DNA of 62,976 nucleotides, filler included, from Octopus bimaculoides (Eukaryota), in assembly GCF_001194135.2 (NCBI RefSeq). It is 8 parts of 7 records of this genome, joined end to end, with 100 filler letters (N's around TTAATTAATTAA, not from the genome) between each part and the next. Parts side by side here need not be neighbours in the genome. Positions count along the whole stretch, not along the records: positions 36,189 to 54,403 come from NC_068983.1; 7 more parts are not named here. The stretch is one strand, 5' to 3'. Each line of letters opens with the position of its first letter. Within the stretch, counting starts at the first letter, position 1. A program made the position numbers and the translations under genes. The notes beneath the pieces were generated by a model, which was not told the origin of the DNA, searched no databases, and was given only the letters and a program-made list of their open reading frames with translations. Positions 39,500 through 51,501 of this stretch are shown one piece after another.

Positions 39500-40425
39500 A
39501 GATATCTCTATGCATCATTGGTCAAAATGCTCTTCCATTCTTCTGCAGATTGTGCCCTTTTCTTCCATTTGGGTCTGATGTTTTTGACTATGTTACCTAC
39601 CCGTCGTCTTGAAAATATTTGTAGTGGTCTCTTCCGATCTCTTGAATACCATTCGACAACTGCATTATCTCACGTGTTGTTTGTAACGCTTGCTGCATAC
39701 ATGTCTGGCTCAGCAGAAATTGTGCTTTCGGTATTCCGTGATCACATCGTTCGCTTTATTCCATTCTCGACTTACTTTGTTTCTAACATACTCTCGAAAC
39801 GATATTACTATTATGGATCTTTCCTAGGCTCCCTGTGTCGTAGCTAGTCGCTGTTTTCTTTCTTCGTAATAGCTCGTATCTCACTTGAAATAAAAACGCA
39901 GGTAGGGCGTTGCTATTAAAGAGATTGGTGCACAGAGTCTTGTCCAATATCGCTTTGAACATAACTTTAATCGAGGCAAACACCTTTGATCCTGCTCTTC
40001 CTCTGCGCCTGATTTCAGCGTTCATGTCTCGACATAAATTTCGTGTTTGTCCCAAGGAGACGCATTTCTTCACCACTTTATTTTCATCGCTCCCCAACAC
40101 TATTTGACTTTATGCTACGCTTCCAGACGGCTTATTTTGAGGTTTACGCTTCCAGATAGTTTATTTTGTGGTTTACGGCTGAACTCTGAGTATTCAGCGT
40201 AGTATGCAGCTGATCTGAGCACGATATCTGATGAGCACGATATCGTCTGCAAATTGATAGTGTGTTCGTAGTTCGCTGTTGATGCTGATGACACCTTTCC
40301 TATTAATTCTTTTGATGTTTACTTCGAGGCAAGCGGTGAACAGTTTGGGAGAGATGTAATCACTTTATTTAACGTCCTTCCCAATGAGAATCCTTATGGG
40401 TAGTAACAGCAGAGCTATATCAGTG
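39500..40425 (-). mobile_element. RTE-clade LINE RT, 3' segment
   Basis: Minus: TDIALL...GKDVK*SDYISPKLFTACLE...QFADDIVLI, LGQTRNLCRDMNAEIRRRGRAG, NLFNSNALPAFL, and the C-terminal WYPRD-type region. Confidence 0.9.
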
Positions 40426-40444
40426 GGAATCGATCCACCACCGT

Positions 40445-40860
40445 AACAAGTGATGGAGAAAATGCCACCCATTTTCATCCAGTGGAATATAGAATGCTCG
40501 AAAACTGTTGGAGAATTATAAAGCTCCAGGGAAAGATGTTATAACAGCGGAAATGTTAAGAAGCCGAGGAGAGCAGCTGCATAAAATCCTTGTTCTATGT
40601 TACAATCGATATTTCAAAGAAGGGAAACTAAGCTCGCTGTGGAAGGAGTCGAATATGATTTGTGAGAAGAGTAAAAGGAAAGAGCTGAGGAACTGTTGCT
40701 CTGTATGCCTCTGGTCTCGCGTCTACAGGCTCTTTACAAAAGTCATAGTCACCAGATTATCGAAACTTTTCGACGTCCAACAGCAGAGGGAGCAAGTAGG
40801 TTTTAGGACGAACTACAGCAGTAGTGACTACGTATTCATTATAATACCGATTCAGTATTA
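40445..40860 (+). mobile_element. RTE-clade LINE RT N-terminal segment (motifs 0-2), inverted relative to 39500-40425
   Basis: MPPIF..., ORF 40508..40897 KAPGKDVITAEMLRS...WKES...ELRNCCSVCLWSRVYRLFTKVIVTRLS...QQREQVGFR...SDYVF. Confidence 0.88.
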
Positions 40861-41068
40861 TCAAGATTGTCTCATGAACAGCTACGTAAAACTTTGAGTA
40901 GAAGTTTGTAGAGATTTTCTCAGTTTTAATGAAATAGTATATTACTTTACTTTTGCTATCCGAGTATCATCTTTTCCACTTTGTTTCGCATTTATATGCT
41001 TACTTGCGAGTGTGTGTGTGTATGTGTGTGTGTGTGTGTGTGTGTCTATGCATGTATGTGCATGTATG

Positions 41069-41119
<51 letters not shown>

Positions 41120-42294
41120 ACACACACAGGGTTGTCAACTACCAATCCACCAATGCTTGCACAACCTTATGCACCTTTGCAAACCCCTAATTTAGATTCT
41201 ATATACGAGACGTGCACACGCACACACGCATATACTCCGACACACGCCAAACACGTATACGTACACACACATCCACACATATGCACGTACACGCACACAC
41301 AAACACACACACACACTCACATATTCACCGCCTTTACTTCTGCCATATCCAGACACCATGGTGCCACCAGTTTCCGAAAAGGAAGTGTTGTCGCTGGACA
41401 ACTGATATTCTTTGACCACACCATGTGAACCACCTTGACCAATAGCAGCCTATCTTTTGGTAGCCATCTTGAACTTCCTGTATTTCTCTATTCGGCAATC
41501 CAAAGCCTGAAAGAGATAAGCTTCTGTTCGGGGCCTGCGAAACTTTAAGTCGCATGGAACTGAATTAAACTCTTTTGAATAATACATGTGACTCCTACTT
41601 AATGTGTCCACACACTTGCAAACACTCGAGCGCGCACGCACACACACATATATATAATTTGGGTGATTCTCCTGTCATAAAACTATCTCAATTGACTCCT
41701 TTTATCAACCACTCTTAGTTTCATTATATGCAAAATATACTAAATTAAAAATTCGATCTCGTCATTTGCTGGTCAAGGAATTATCCCGTATACAAAGGCT
41801 GCGGTAACGAAATGAATTTTTCTAGCCTGTTATACATGTTTATGTGCAGTTCCCATGTTCACATAAACATTGGGTTATAGATTTCTGAAGTTCATTATCG
41901 AAGAAGCTCTACAATTACTGTTGTATAATTAGTATGATGCAGAACACATCACACTATCATTTCGTATACAAGCTAGATCATATGCATTTATCAATATAAT
42001 TCCCTGTAATTATCATGCACTGAATTGATGGCACTTACTAGTACACAATACTTCATCATCTTGCAGTTCATAGATGTAAATACAGCTGTGAAAACACCGG
42101 AGCCAGTGTTGTCACATACACGACAAAAGTTAATAGCTCCCAACACAATATCAGAATTGCCAATTTTACTTTTCACTGTTTCTATCAGCTGCAGCGATTG
42201 GGTAGACTGTGTAAAAACAATCTAACTTGGTAGGACAGTTGGTATTGGTTCAAGTGCAGCACTTACGTTTGTGTAGGTTTTTTCCATTTAAATT

Positions 42295-43420
42295 CGTTAG
42301 CAATCAAAGCTAAATATTAAAGAAATTGCTAAGAAGACAAATAACCACGCTGTTTGGTGTTTTGAAGAAACGTGAGATAGACTGGAAGCAGATAGCGTAC
42401 AAACTTCAAACGATGCGAGTGTGTTGATGGAAATCAACCTTGAAAGAGGCCACAAATGGAGTATAAAGTTGCCGAGGGGATATTTGAAATTCATTAAGAT
42501 GGAAAATGTGTATCTCCTGAATCATACGAATCAATGCGCAAAAGGAATCAAAGAGGAAATGTAAGATTTTAAAGCATGTGTCAAATGATGAACAAGGTTC
42601 ATAGGATATATGATTTAGCACTTACGTGGAGAACAAAGATTATACAAATGCTGCCTACTGATCTAGGTGATAGGATATTATCATTTCAGCAATTTATAAT
42701 CAGAAATTGGTTGACGCGTGGTTACAAGCTATCATCCATTGGAAACACGTCTTAATCTCGACATGTCAAACAAACGTACTTTCAACCGAATACAAGAGAA
42801 AACACTACCGGTAAAATCTACTGGACATGAGAAAAACAGGTTTACTCTAAATTAAAATATGCACTTGCAATAGTCTTAGATTAAAATACCCGTATGTATA
42901 GCATCCATAATGTTTATACAAACGTGGAACGGCATTAACTGTAATAGATTTTCTTTAATTCATTCTTCTGTGACAAATGATGCTAAATTAAAAGAGATGA
43001 TTGTTTTTAAGAGAAAATGTATGCCGTACCAAAAGAAATGCAGGCACATTACTGGTTGAAAGTCGCTGGATGCTGAAAATGGTTAAAGTAAGTTTCGAAC
43101 CTGGTGATATACTGAAAGAAAAGTGTTGGCTCATCTTAGGTTATATCTGGCAAAATATTGTTGATAATGGCCGACCACAAAACAATGACATAGCAGTAAT
43201 TTCTGTTGGATTTACAAGTATTTCTTAATAGTTAGATGTTAATTTACAATAAACCACTGAAAGGTATTGTGGTGAGGAAATGGAGGGAATGGAATGTGAA
43301 ATGCAATGAAGAAAAACCATGCACGAAAAGTGGAAGAAAACATATACATTCAAGAAATGTGGTATTTCTAATGTGTTGGATTGTACAGAAAATGAATATC
43401 TGTGGGATCATGATGATGGT
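42295..43420 (+). mobile_element. Degraded pogo/Tigger (POGK-like) DDE transposase, near full length
   Basis: KLNIKEIAKKTNNHA, RTKIIQMLPTDLGDRILSFQQFII...SIGN, DMSNKRT...KTLPVKSTGHEKNRFT, DAKLKEMIVFKRK, DIAVISVGFTS, DV/NKPLK, TKSGR, FKKCGISNVLDCTENEYLW, followed by an acidic tail. Confidence 0.88.
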
Positions 43421-43969
43421 AGGAGTGAACGATGGTTGTGCTGAAGAAGAAGAAGAAAAAGGTGACGATTATGCGAATGAGGATGATGATGGTGGTGGTA
43501 GCGACGCCGACTACGGCGGCGGCGGCGGCGTTGGTGGTGGTGGTGGTGGTGGTGGTCACGATGTTGAGGATGATGCGCAGCCTATAATTACGGATAACGA
43601 TGAGGAAGAAGATTCATATGATATCATTTACCCTGGTAATTATGCAGGTTTATTCAGTGCTGGAAATGATCAACTGTGATTTTGCAAGAATGAAATTTGG
43701 TAATTGAAATATTTAAAATTTACCGTGTAATTGTAATTGTAATTTAAAGCTATATTGAATTTTAATTTCAGCTTTTCGTTCACAAATAACGCTTACAAAT
43801 TAATTTTCATTCGTTGTCTTTGTAAAATAGCAAGTGTAAATATTCATAAGAGCTACAGGACAATATTTACTTAGTAAGACGTTTGTTTTGATATGTATAT
43901 TGGATAATTATTTATATTATAACAGTAATGGTGGATTTATAGAAACATTAGAGCGTTGAACAAATTGAT

Positions 43970-44070
43970 TTGTGATATTTCTTCCGGCTCTTTAGGTTCT
44001 AAGTTGAAATTCCGCCAATGTCAACTTTGCCCTTCATTATTACAGGATCGATAAAAATTACAGTTGAAGG
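43970..44070 (+). mobile_element. SINE family B, degenerate
   Basis: ttctaagttgaaattccgccaatgtcaactttgcccttcat...gatcgataaaatta. Confidence 0.6.
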
Positions 44071-44529
44071 TAGGGTAACATAATCGACTACATACCCCTT
44101 CCTTAGATTTGAGTCCTTTTACATAATTATTATTACTTTAGTACATTTTCCCACTTTAGTCATTTAAGAAATCATTTGGGGGTTTTGCTACTGATATGGT
44201 ACTTTGGATTCCGTCTTTAATCCCTGCCCTTCAAGAGTAGTATCTGTGTAATAGCCAAATGTGGTCCATTAAATTTGAGTTCCTCGCAAATATATGGTAT
44301 ATTCTTGTTTTAATTTGTTTTATATCATATTCAAAACCGTCCTCAATTATCTTGTAAATAGAAAAAATGGAAGATTAAGATGTTTTATCTTCAGTTTTCC
44401 CTGATATAACTTAATGAGGTTGCTTCTCAAACATTTAAACAATATCTCAAGATGTTTAAAAACACGAGTGTTACAAATAGCAGTTTGTCATACCACCAAA
44501 ATACAACTCGCATCTTAGTTTACCATCTA

Positions 44530-44910
44530 GCAATAAGTTTTCTCAGGATTAGTCTAGAACCGAAGAATACATTTTTTACGTGTGTTATTTAAAAGCTTCA
44601 TAAAATTAGATCAGGCTTTCCTCTAAAAGCGTGTGAGATTTCCGAAGAAATTCTTCCCTCATAAAACTACCAAAAATTGATCGTTCCACTTAAAGATTTC
44701 AGTGATAAAATTTGCACTCCATTTATCAAAATAGTTTTCTAGATAGTCAAAAATATATTATTGTTGCATGATTTCATGATACCAATAAAACCTTACTTAT
44801 TTCTAATAAATACACGTTAATTTCGTTGCCAACTGATTGTCTCTGATAAAATTTCTTGCAATCCTCTCTAGTATTGACAACTCCGTCTATAAATTCCGTC
44901 CGTAAGAATT
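44530..44910 (+). mobile_element. Possible very old Penelope-like RT relic
   Basis: Weak motifs at PLE-like spacing: KNTFFT, GFPL, SR*SKIY (RYVDDIF), IHVNF, IKFLAIL (FLDxL), SVYKFRP (VYRKP). Confidence 0.25.
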
Positions 44911-45489
44911 TATTACCCTGGAAATTACTACTAAAACTTCAGAATACATCGTATAAGAGATTGTTTTTAATAGGAAATAGAAAAGAATTCTAAATCCATG
45001 AATAAGATTAATCAATGAATTTAAAGCGAATCATTTGTATGAAGAATCATGGCTAAGTTTGTCTTAGAATATTTTTCAGGTTTCGAATTCCTTCATTTTG
45101 AATAGCTGTTAATTGTTTTCTATATCTGAGGTCGACTGTCACTTATATTTCATGTAGGGCAGTAAAGCTGACATAACAAATTAACTCTTGATCAACAGCC
45201 ATTTAAATATTTGAAATACGGACAAATGAATTGCTGTATAACTTTAATCAAAAGCACATGCACTCGCGCGCATAAACATATAGACGTGCATACATACAAA
45301 CATACGCAGAAGTATTTTATATATGTATATATAAATGTGCGTGTGCGTATATATATATATATATATATATATATGCGTGTGTGTGTACATATATATATAT
45401 ATAACTGGAAAAGTAAGAGAAGAAAGTATGTATACACAGACATGCAGACAGACAGACAGGTAGATATTTAGACAGACAGACAGACAGAC

Positions 45490-45522
<33 letters not shown>

Positions 45523-45948
45523 TTGAAAACTCTATTTTCAGCATTGAGTTCCCCAATTAGGAAAAAAAAATGGTTTTGTATTACTTAAACATGCTTCGAA
45601 ATAAAAATCTCACTTTAACTTAAAAGTGGGCATTCATGTNNNNNNNNNNNNNNNNNNNNNNNNNNNNNNNNNNNNNNNNNNNNNNNNNNNNNNNNNNNNN
45701 NNNNNNNNNNNNNNNNNNNNNNNNNNNNNNNNNNNNNNNNNNNNNNNNNNNNNNNNNNNNNNNNNNNNNNNNNNNNNNNNNNNNNNNNNNNNNNNNNNNN
45801 NNNNNNNNNNNNNNNNNNNNNNNNNNNNNNNNNNNNNNNNNNNNNNNNNNNNNNNNNNNNNNNNNNNNNNNNNNNNNNNNNNNNNNNNNNNNNNNNNNNN
45901 NNNNNNNNNNNNNNNNNNNNNNNNNNNNNNNNNNNNNNNNNNNNNNNN

Positions 45949-45996
<48 letters not shown>

Positions 45997-46434
45997 GAAG
46001 AGAGAGAGAGAGAGGGAGGCAGAGTGAGGGGAATTTATATATGCGTATGAAGAGAGAGATTTATTTATATATCTATCTGCGTATGTGTGTGTGTGTGTGT
46101 GCATGCATGCGTGCGTGTGTGTGCATATATGTTTAATAAAAATGTTTCGTTTCACTGTGAACGTACACCCGGTAAATAAATTACAGCAGTTTCGGTAGAT
46201 GGGACAGAGGAATTTTCTTAAGATCGTAAGATCACTTATTTGACCTCTGAACTGCTGAAGTAACAAATATATCTTTTAAGAATAAGTTAATTAAACTCTT
46301 TCTGGCCTAAAGTCATTTGCATAACAGCACAAACTTGTACCATTATATAAATAACTTTAAAACAAAATGGTGAATCAAGGTAATAACGTATAGCATTTGC
46401 ACAAAATGGCGTCCAGTCATTATAAGGACGAGTA

Positions 46435-46485
<51 letters not shown>

Positions 46486-46660
46486 NNNNNNNNNNNNNNN
46501 NNNNNNNNNNNNNNNNNNNNNNNNNNNNNNNNNNNNNNNNNNNNNNNNNNNNNNNNNNNNNNNNNNNNNNNNNNNNNNNNNNNNNNNNNNNNNNNNNNNN
46601 NNNNNNNNNNNNNNNNNNNNNNNNNNNNNNNNNNNNNNNNNNNNNNNNNNNNNNNNNNNN

Positions 46661-46900
46661 TAATAAAAAAATATTCAGACAAATACATAACAAAAACACC
46701 AGGACTTACAAATATATATAACATACAGAAAATTGCACTACTGGGCACTGCACACATCCTACGCAAAACACTTTCAATACAGTAACCATAAGAGCACCAC
46801 AGAAAACCACAGCACATACCCAAGACGTACAGAGCTGCGCTCGGTAGTGAAGTGAAAGCACGTTATAAAAATAAAACTACTGAACAATAATAATAATAAC
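46661..46900 (+). mobile_element. R4/Dong-type 3' end (subfamily 1) with (TAA)n tail
   Basis: IKKYSDKYITKTPGLTNIYNIQKIALLGTAHILRKTLSIQ*, then UTR and taataataat. Confidence 0.85.
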
Positions 46901-46914
46901 GATAATAATCGATA

Positions 46915-47240
46915 TAAATGAGCAAGTATAAAGATCTCGAAATAGAAAATGACAAAATGTGGAACCTCTAGACTAAAACAATATCTGTTGTCTTAGGTGC
47001 CTCAGGAATGATAGCAAAAGGGGCTGATTCCTACCTAGCTCAAATACCAGGAAACCTCAGAATGGCAGAAATTCAAAAGATAGTGCTCATGAGAACTGCC
47101 CATGTCCTACGTAAGATACTGTCTATGTAATCTCAAATTTAAAAACAAACTTATTATTTTCATATGTTTTTTTAAATATTCTCTTGAACAATACTGTGTG
47201 CAAAACCAAATATATGACACCCTAGGCATCACTAGCTCAC
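46915..47240 (+). mobile_element. R4/Dong-type 3' end (subfamily 2)
   Basis: MSKYKDLEIENDKMWNL*TKTISVVLGASGMIAKGADSYLAQIPGNLRMAEIQKIVLMRTAHVLRKILSM*: C-terminal restriction-like endonuclease region. Confidence 0.85.
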
Positions 47241-47289
47241 TCTCTCCATCAAATCGACGTTGTCTGACCAGATGCTCAGTGTGTCAGGC

Positions 47290-47390
47290 GTCTTGTGATT
47301 GCAGAGCAACTAGAGATAAAGTGTTTTGCTCAAGAACACAACGCACCGCCCGATCTAAGAATTGAAATCACGATCTAGTGTCACTTCCCT
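47290..47390 (-). mobile_element. Degenerate tRNA-SINE head (family A-like)
   Basis: gtgttttgctcaagaacacaacgcaccgcccgatctaagaattgaaatcacgatc resembles 37000-37055. Confidence 0.55.
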
Positions 47391-47573
47391 CGATTCCGAC
47401 GTATGAGTGTTTCAACGAAAGGATTAAAAATAAAAAAATAAGGAAGAAAAACAGAAGCTGCATCTGTTTGTGTTGGATGCGTTAACGTAATTTGTATAGA
47501 GGTATGGATTTTGCTATGAAGTTACACTGGAGACAATGATCCTTTTGATTTGCCTGGGATTGGACAAATGTGT

Positions 47574-47880
47574 TTATTGATTGCAAGACATAGCTCTTAT
47601 GTTGTTCTGTTTCTTCAACTCAAATTGTTTAGATGCATCATGACACATTTTACGCCACTCAGATCCATCTAGACAATAACTTTCCTGAGATGTTATGTTA
47701 AGCTGTAGGGATTCTAGTGATTGTTTCAAATTATCCTTATACCTTAGCAGGGGTCTTCCTTTACTGCAGAATCCCTCTATTTGTTGGCCATACAAAAGAA
47801 TTTTCGAAATGCGATCATCTTTCATTCAAGCATGTCCTGGCCCATTTGCACTGAATTCTCAACATCTTGCTTTCGATACT
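47574..47880 (-). mobile_element. RTE-clade LINE 3' ORF fragment
   Basis: ORF 47574..47825 MKDDRISKILLYGQQIEGFCSKGRPLLRYKDNLKQSL...EWRK. Confidence 0.85.
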
Positions 47881-47927
47881 GGAGATATCACATTTATTCT
47901 AAAACAACAACAATAATAATCTGATAT

Positions 47928-47928
<1 letters not shown>

Positions 47929-48003
<75 letters not shown>
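47929..48003. repeat. (TAG)n microsatellite
   Basis: Direct reading. A (CT)n tract follows at ~48155-48269. Confidence 0.95.
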
Positions 48004-48004
<1 letters not shown>

Positions 48005-48187
48005 TACATAGGCAAAAGGTGAAGTAACATGACTAGAAAAAAATCAAGTTTGAGTACAGAATGGCTTGAAGTCTTCACTCTGGTGCCATGGCTTTGAGTT
48101 TATCATTTCTGGTTCGATAAATACAATTACCAGTCCAGTATTAATTCTTGCTTCCTCTCTCTCTCTCTCTCTTTTTCTGTCTCTCCC

Positions 48188-48259
<72 letters not shown>

Positions 48260-48689
48260 TCTCTCTCTCTGAGGAAAAAATCGGCTGTATCCAAACATGG
48301 AAATAACTGCGTCTCTACAACTCCACTTCATATTTCCCATTGTCATTCATATATCATAGAAGTGAATAGAAAAGAGGTTTCGAGTTACGGAATTCTATAC
48401 TACCGCAAGATTTTCAGAAACAACATTTTAAATAATGTGTAGGGGAGGGGTTTGACGGATGCCTGAAATTAAAGAGAAATAACTGTAATATGGTATTAAT
48501 GGATATAGACAAAGTGACGGCGTATGGCTTTATAAATGATAATGATAAATAAGTAATAGAAACGAGAAATGAATCAATCAATAAATATCTGGTTAAAGAT
48601 TAGATTATTTATAGAGCTTAGGTCCCAATGTAGATGATTACGCTGACAGGGATGAAAACTAGGTGGATAAAACAGCAATATGCTATTAG

Positions 48690-49085
48690 TTCGACGTATT
48701 TAACTGAAGTTTAAGAGTGTAATGAGAGAAGCGAAGGGCATTACAGGAAGGTGATGAAATTAGTGAGGAGAAGTGTGAAGTGATTGCTGTGTAAGGAAAG
48801 TAATGTTCTAATATTTTCTCGGAGAAATGAGTAGTGTAGGTGGATTTTTATTGTAGTACAGATGAAAATGTGCCAACTGTTTATGTAAGAAAGAACATGG
48901 GGAAGTTGCTAAGACGGTGGTCAAGATTAGAAATAGGTAGGCTGGTAGGTAAGTAGGTAGATTAATTCTTATTTTGGCAGGTGAATTGATTCTAATTTTA
49001 ATGTAGGTAACTAAAAGGAGAAGATGGATGAGGTTAGGAGTAGAAAATGTTTATTCTAGTGCAGTGAGAAAGGAGAAAAACTTAC
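48690..49085 (-). mobile_element. CR1/L2-like LINE 3' fragment
   Basis: Minus: FSTPNLI, SNLDHRLSNFPMFF (LxHRRxVxxLSxFY), HYFPYTA (SFFPRT). Confidence 0.5.
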
Positions 49086-49095
49086 TACACATACA

Positions 49096-49257
49096 GGCGC
49101 AGGCATGGGTGTGTGGTAAGAAGTTTGCTTCCTAACCACTTGGTTCCTGGTTCAGTTCTATTGTGTGGTACCTTGAGCAGATGTCTTCTACTACATATTC
49201 AGGCTGACTAAAGCCTTGTGAGTGGATTTTGTAGACGGAAACTGAAAGAAACCCGTC

Positions 49258-49295
<38 letters not shown>

Positions 49296-49848
49296 TTATA
49301 TAAATAAGGATAAGATCGATATTTAAAATATTGATTTTATCAAGTGGCCAGCATGGGAATAAAAACCATCAAAGGTAATAATTATTTAAAATTATAATAC
49401 AGGGTATCTAAGAGATACCACCACGCTCAAAAATAGCAGTCAAAACCTGACTCTAAACCACAATAAATGTCCACATAGCACAAGGAGCTCCTTGTGCTAT
49501 GTGGACATTTATTGTGGTTTAGAGTCAGGATTTGACTGCTATTTTTCAGCGTGGCGGTATCTCTTAGATACCCTGTATTATAATTTTATATATATATATA
49601 TATATATACGTGTGTGTGCGTGTATTTGTATCTGTCCCTCATCGCCTTTTGTCAACCGGTGTTAGGGTGCTTACGTCCCCGTAACTTAGCGATTTGGCAA
49701 AATAGACCCATAAAATAAGATAAGTGCCAGGCTTAAAAATAAATACAAAACAATAAGTACTAGGGTCGATTGGTTCGACTAAAATTATTCAAGTCGGTTC
49801 CCTAGCATGGCTGTAGTCAAATGACTGAGACAAGTAAAAGATAAAAGA
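49096..49848 (+). mobile_element. tRNA-derived SINE family C with internal microsatellite, interrupted by a ~290-bp insert
   Basis: Head 49096-49258 (tgggtgtgtggtaag...ggttcagttc...ccttgagcagatgtcttctact), (TA)n, insert 49297-49588, then tail 49620-49848 (acgtccccgtaacttagc...caaatgactgagacaagtaaaaga). The head and tail also occur at 60340-60560 and 60800-61015. Confidence 0.85.
49387..49588. repeat. 202-bp spacer-less palindrome
   Basis: Arms 49387-49487 and 49488-49588 pair at 98 of 101 positions, centred on AGGAG|CTCCT. Confidence 0.97.
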
Positions 49849-50201
49849 TTTATGTTGCAAAGAGAAGACAGTGAACTTGCAGAAACAATGATGTTGAATA
49901 GAATACTTTGTAACTTTTATTTCGACTTTCTTCATTTATTTTTAAACTCTGCCGTGGGTCAATTTTCTCTTTCATTCTTTCAGAGTCGACAAAAAAATAA
50001 GTGCTTATTTACGGCGGTGAATTTTTTTAGGTTTCGCATAGAATGCCATGCGGTATCCGTTCCCACTTATCACATTCTGAGCTGAAATCCCGTTCCGTCG
50101 GCGAAAAACTTTGTTAAGTCCATCGGGAGTTGCGACCTCTAGGTAGTATCAGCAATTTGGAAAACTTACGGAAACGTAAATTTCGTGGTTCGATCGGACT
50201 A

Positions 50202-51501
50202 CGAGGTGGTATCAAAAGGTTCCCAGACGAGTTATGTTTAATAAAAAAATAACTTATTTATGTAAGTTTTAACATCATCTCATTCGAAGTAGTCACCTTG
50301 CTCAGCACTACACCAGTTCCAGCGTTCCTGCCACATTTGGAATCTGGCCTCAAATCCGTTTTCCGTAAGCGAATCGAGGACTTTCTGCAATTCATTCTGG
50401 ACCTCGACAACGGTGTTAAAACGGCGACCTTTGAGCTGCATTTTCATCGTGAAGAAGAGATGGAAGTTCGCAGGCGCTTAATCTCGCGAATAGGGCGGGT
50501 ACGGAAGCGATACCATGTTGTTTTTGGCGAGAAACTCACGAGTGAGGAGAGTTCGGTGACAGGGTGCATTGTCATCGTGAAGAATCCGATTCTTCACGCT
50601 CAACAGAGCCGGTAGCTTCCACCTAATATCCTCTCTCAAATGCTTCAAAGCATCGCACTAGGACTATCGATTGACGGTATGGCTCTGGGGGACGAATTCA
50701 CGATGCACAATACCACAGACGTCGAAAAAGACGATAAGCATGCTTTTGACTGAGCAGCGGCTCTGACGTGGCTACTTCAGTCGTAGAGATGAAGGCTTCG
50801 TCCATTGTGGTGACTGCTGCTTCATCTCAGGGTCATACACGTAGACCCAACTCTCTTCACCGGTGATGGTCTTCGATATGAAGGATGAGTCTTGACAAAC
50901 TTCGACGTGATGTCCTTTCTGCTCAGTGGTCAGCAGGCGATGAACAAACTTGGCAGAAATACGCCGCGTGTTCAATTCAGACGTTAGGATTGCCTGCATG
51001 GACCCATACGACAGATCACCAACATCAGCAATGTCGTTGATTGTCTTCCGACGATCTTCATGCAAAAGCTGATGAATTTTCTCCCCATTTCCGGGGGTGA
51101 CGCTCGTGGCAGGTCTTCCAGATCGCTCATCGCCTTCTTTCAGGGACGTTCTTCCGCTTTTGAAGCGCCCATGATACTTGAAACATTGCGTACGACCCAT
51201 TGCCGCGTCGCCGTAACCTTACGAAGCATGCTCAGTGTCTCTGTAGCAGACTTCCCAAGTTTAACGCAAAATTTAACTTAGGGCTCTTTGTTCAAACTTC
51301 CTGTCCATGACAAAATCGCAGACTATAGCATACGCGTGATAACAAAAACGCAAATTTCACAACTTGCGAAGTAAGTACAATGATGTCACTCGCACACTAT
51401 CTCATAAAGATCACTGCTAGCACTCACTACGCACGCAGCTGTGTGCTGATATCTCTTGACGTGCAACAGAACTAGTCCGGGAAGTATCTGATATCACCTT
51501 G
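50202..51501 (-). mobile_element. Full-length (1300 bp) inactive mariner element
   Basis: 30-bp TIRs (22/30 identical) at 50202-50231 and 51472-51501, flanked by TA. Minus strand: KFCVKLGKSATET, ERSGRP, TGEESWVYVYDPE, MLIVFFD, HDDNAP, YPPYSRD*APANF, RW..C...GDYFE, with stops and frameshifts. Confidence 0.95.

Noticed and set aside
41330-41600. GC-richer segment with several short minus-strand ORFs
   Set aside because: Could be a LINE endonuclease remnant, but no motif was convincing enough to call.
41836-41870. 11-bp inverted repeat with 13-nt spacer
   Set aside because: Short and AT-rich; compatible with chance.
43236-43679. 147-aa ORF with poly-Gly and acidic runs
   Set aside because: Frameshifted C-terminus of the pogo transposase plus a (GGC/GGT)n microsatellite expansion.
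44330-44917. Minus-strand reading with Cys-loop receptor-like words (WNDQFL, KPDLIL, DGKL..CY, C-x13-C)
   Set aside because: Needs several frameshifts and stops, has wrong spacings and lacks FPFD. The plus strand fits a decayed PLE RT at better spacing, so it is probably chance in AT-rich DNA.
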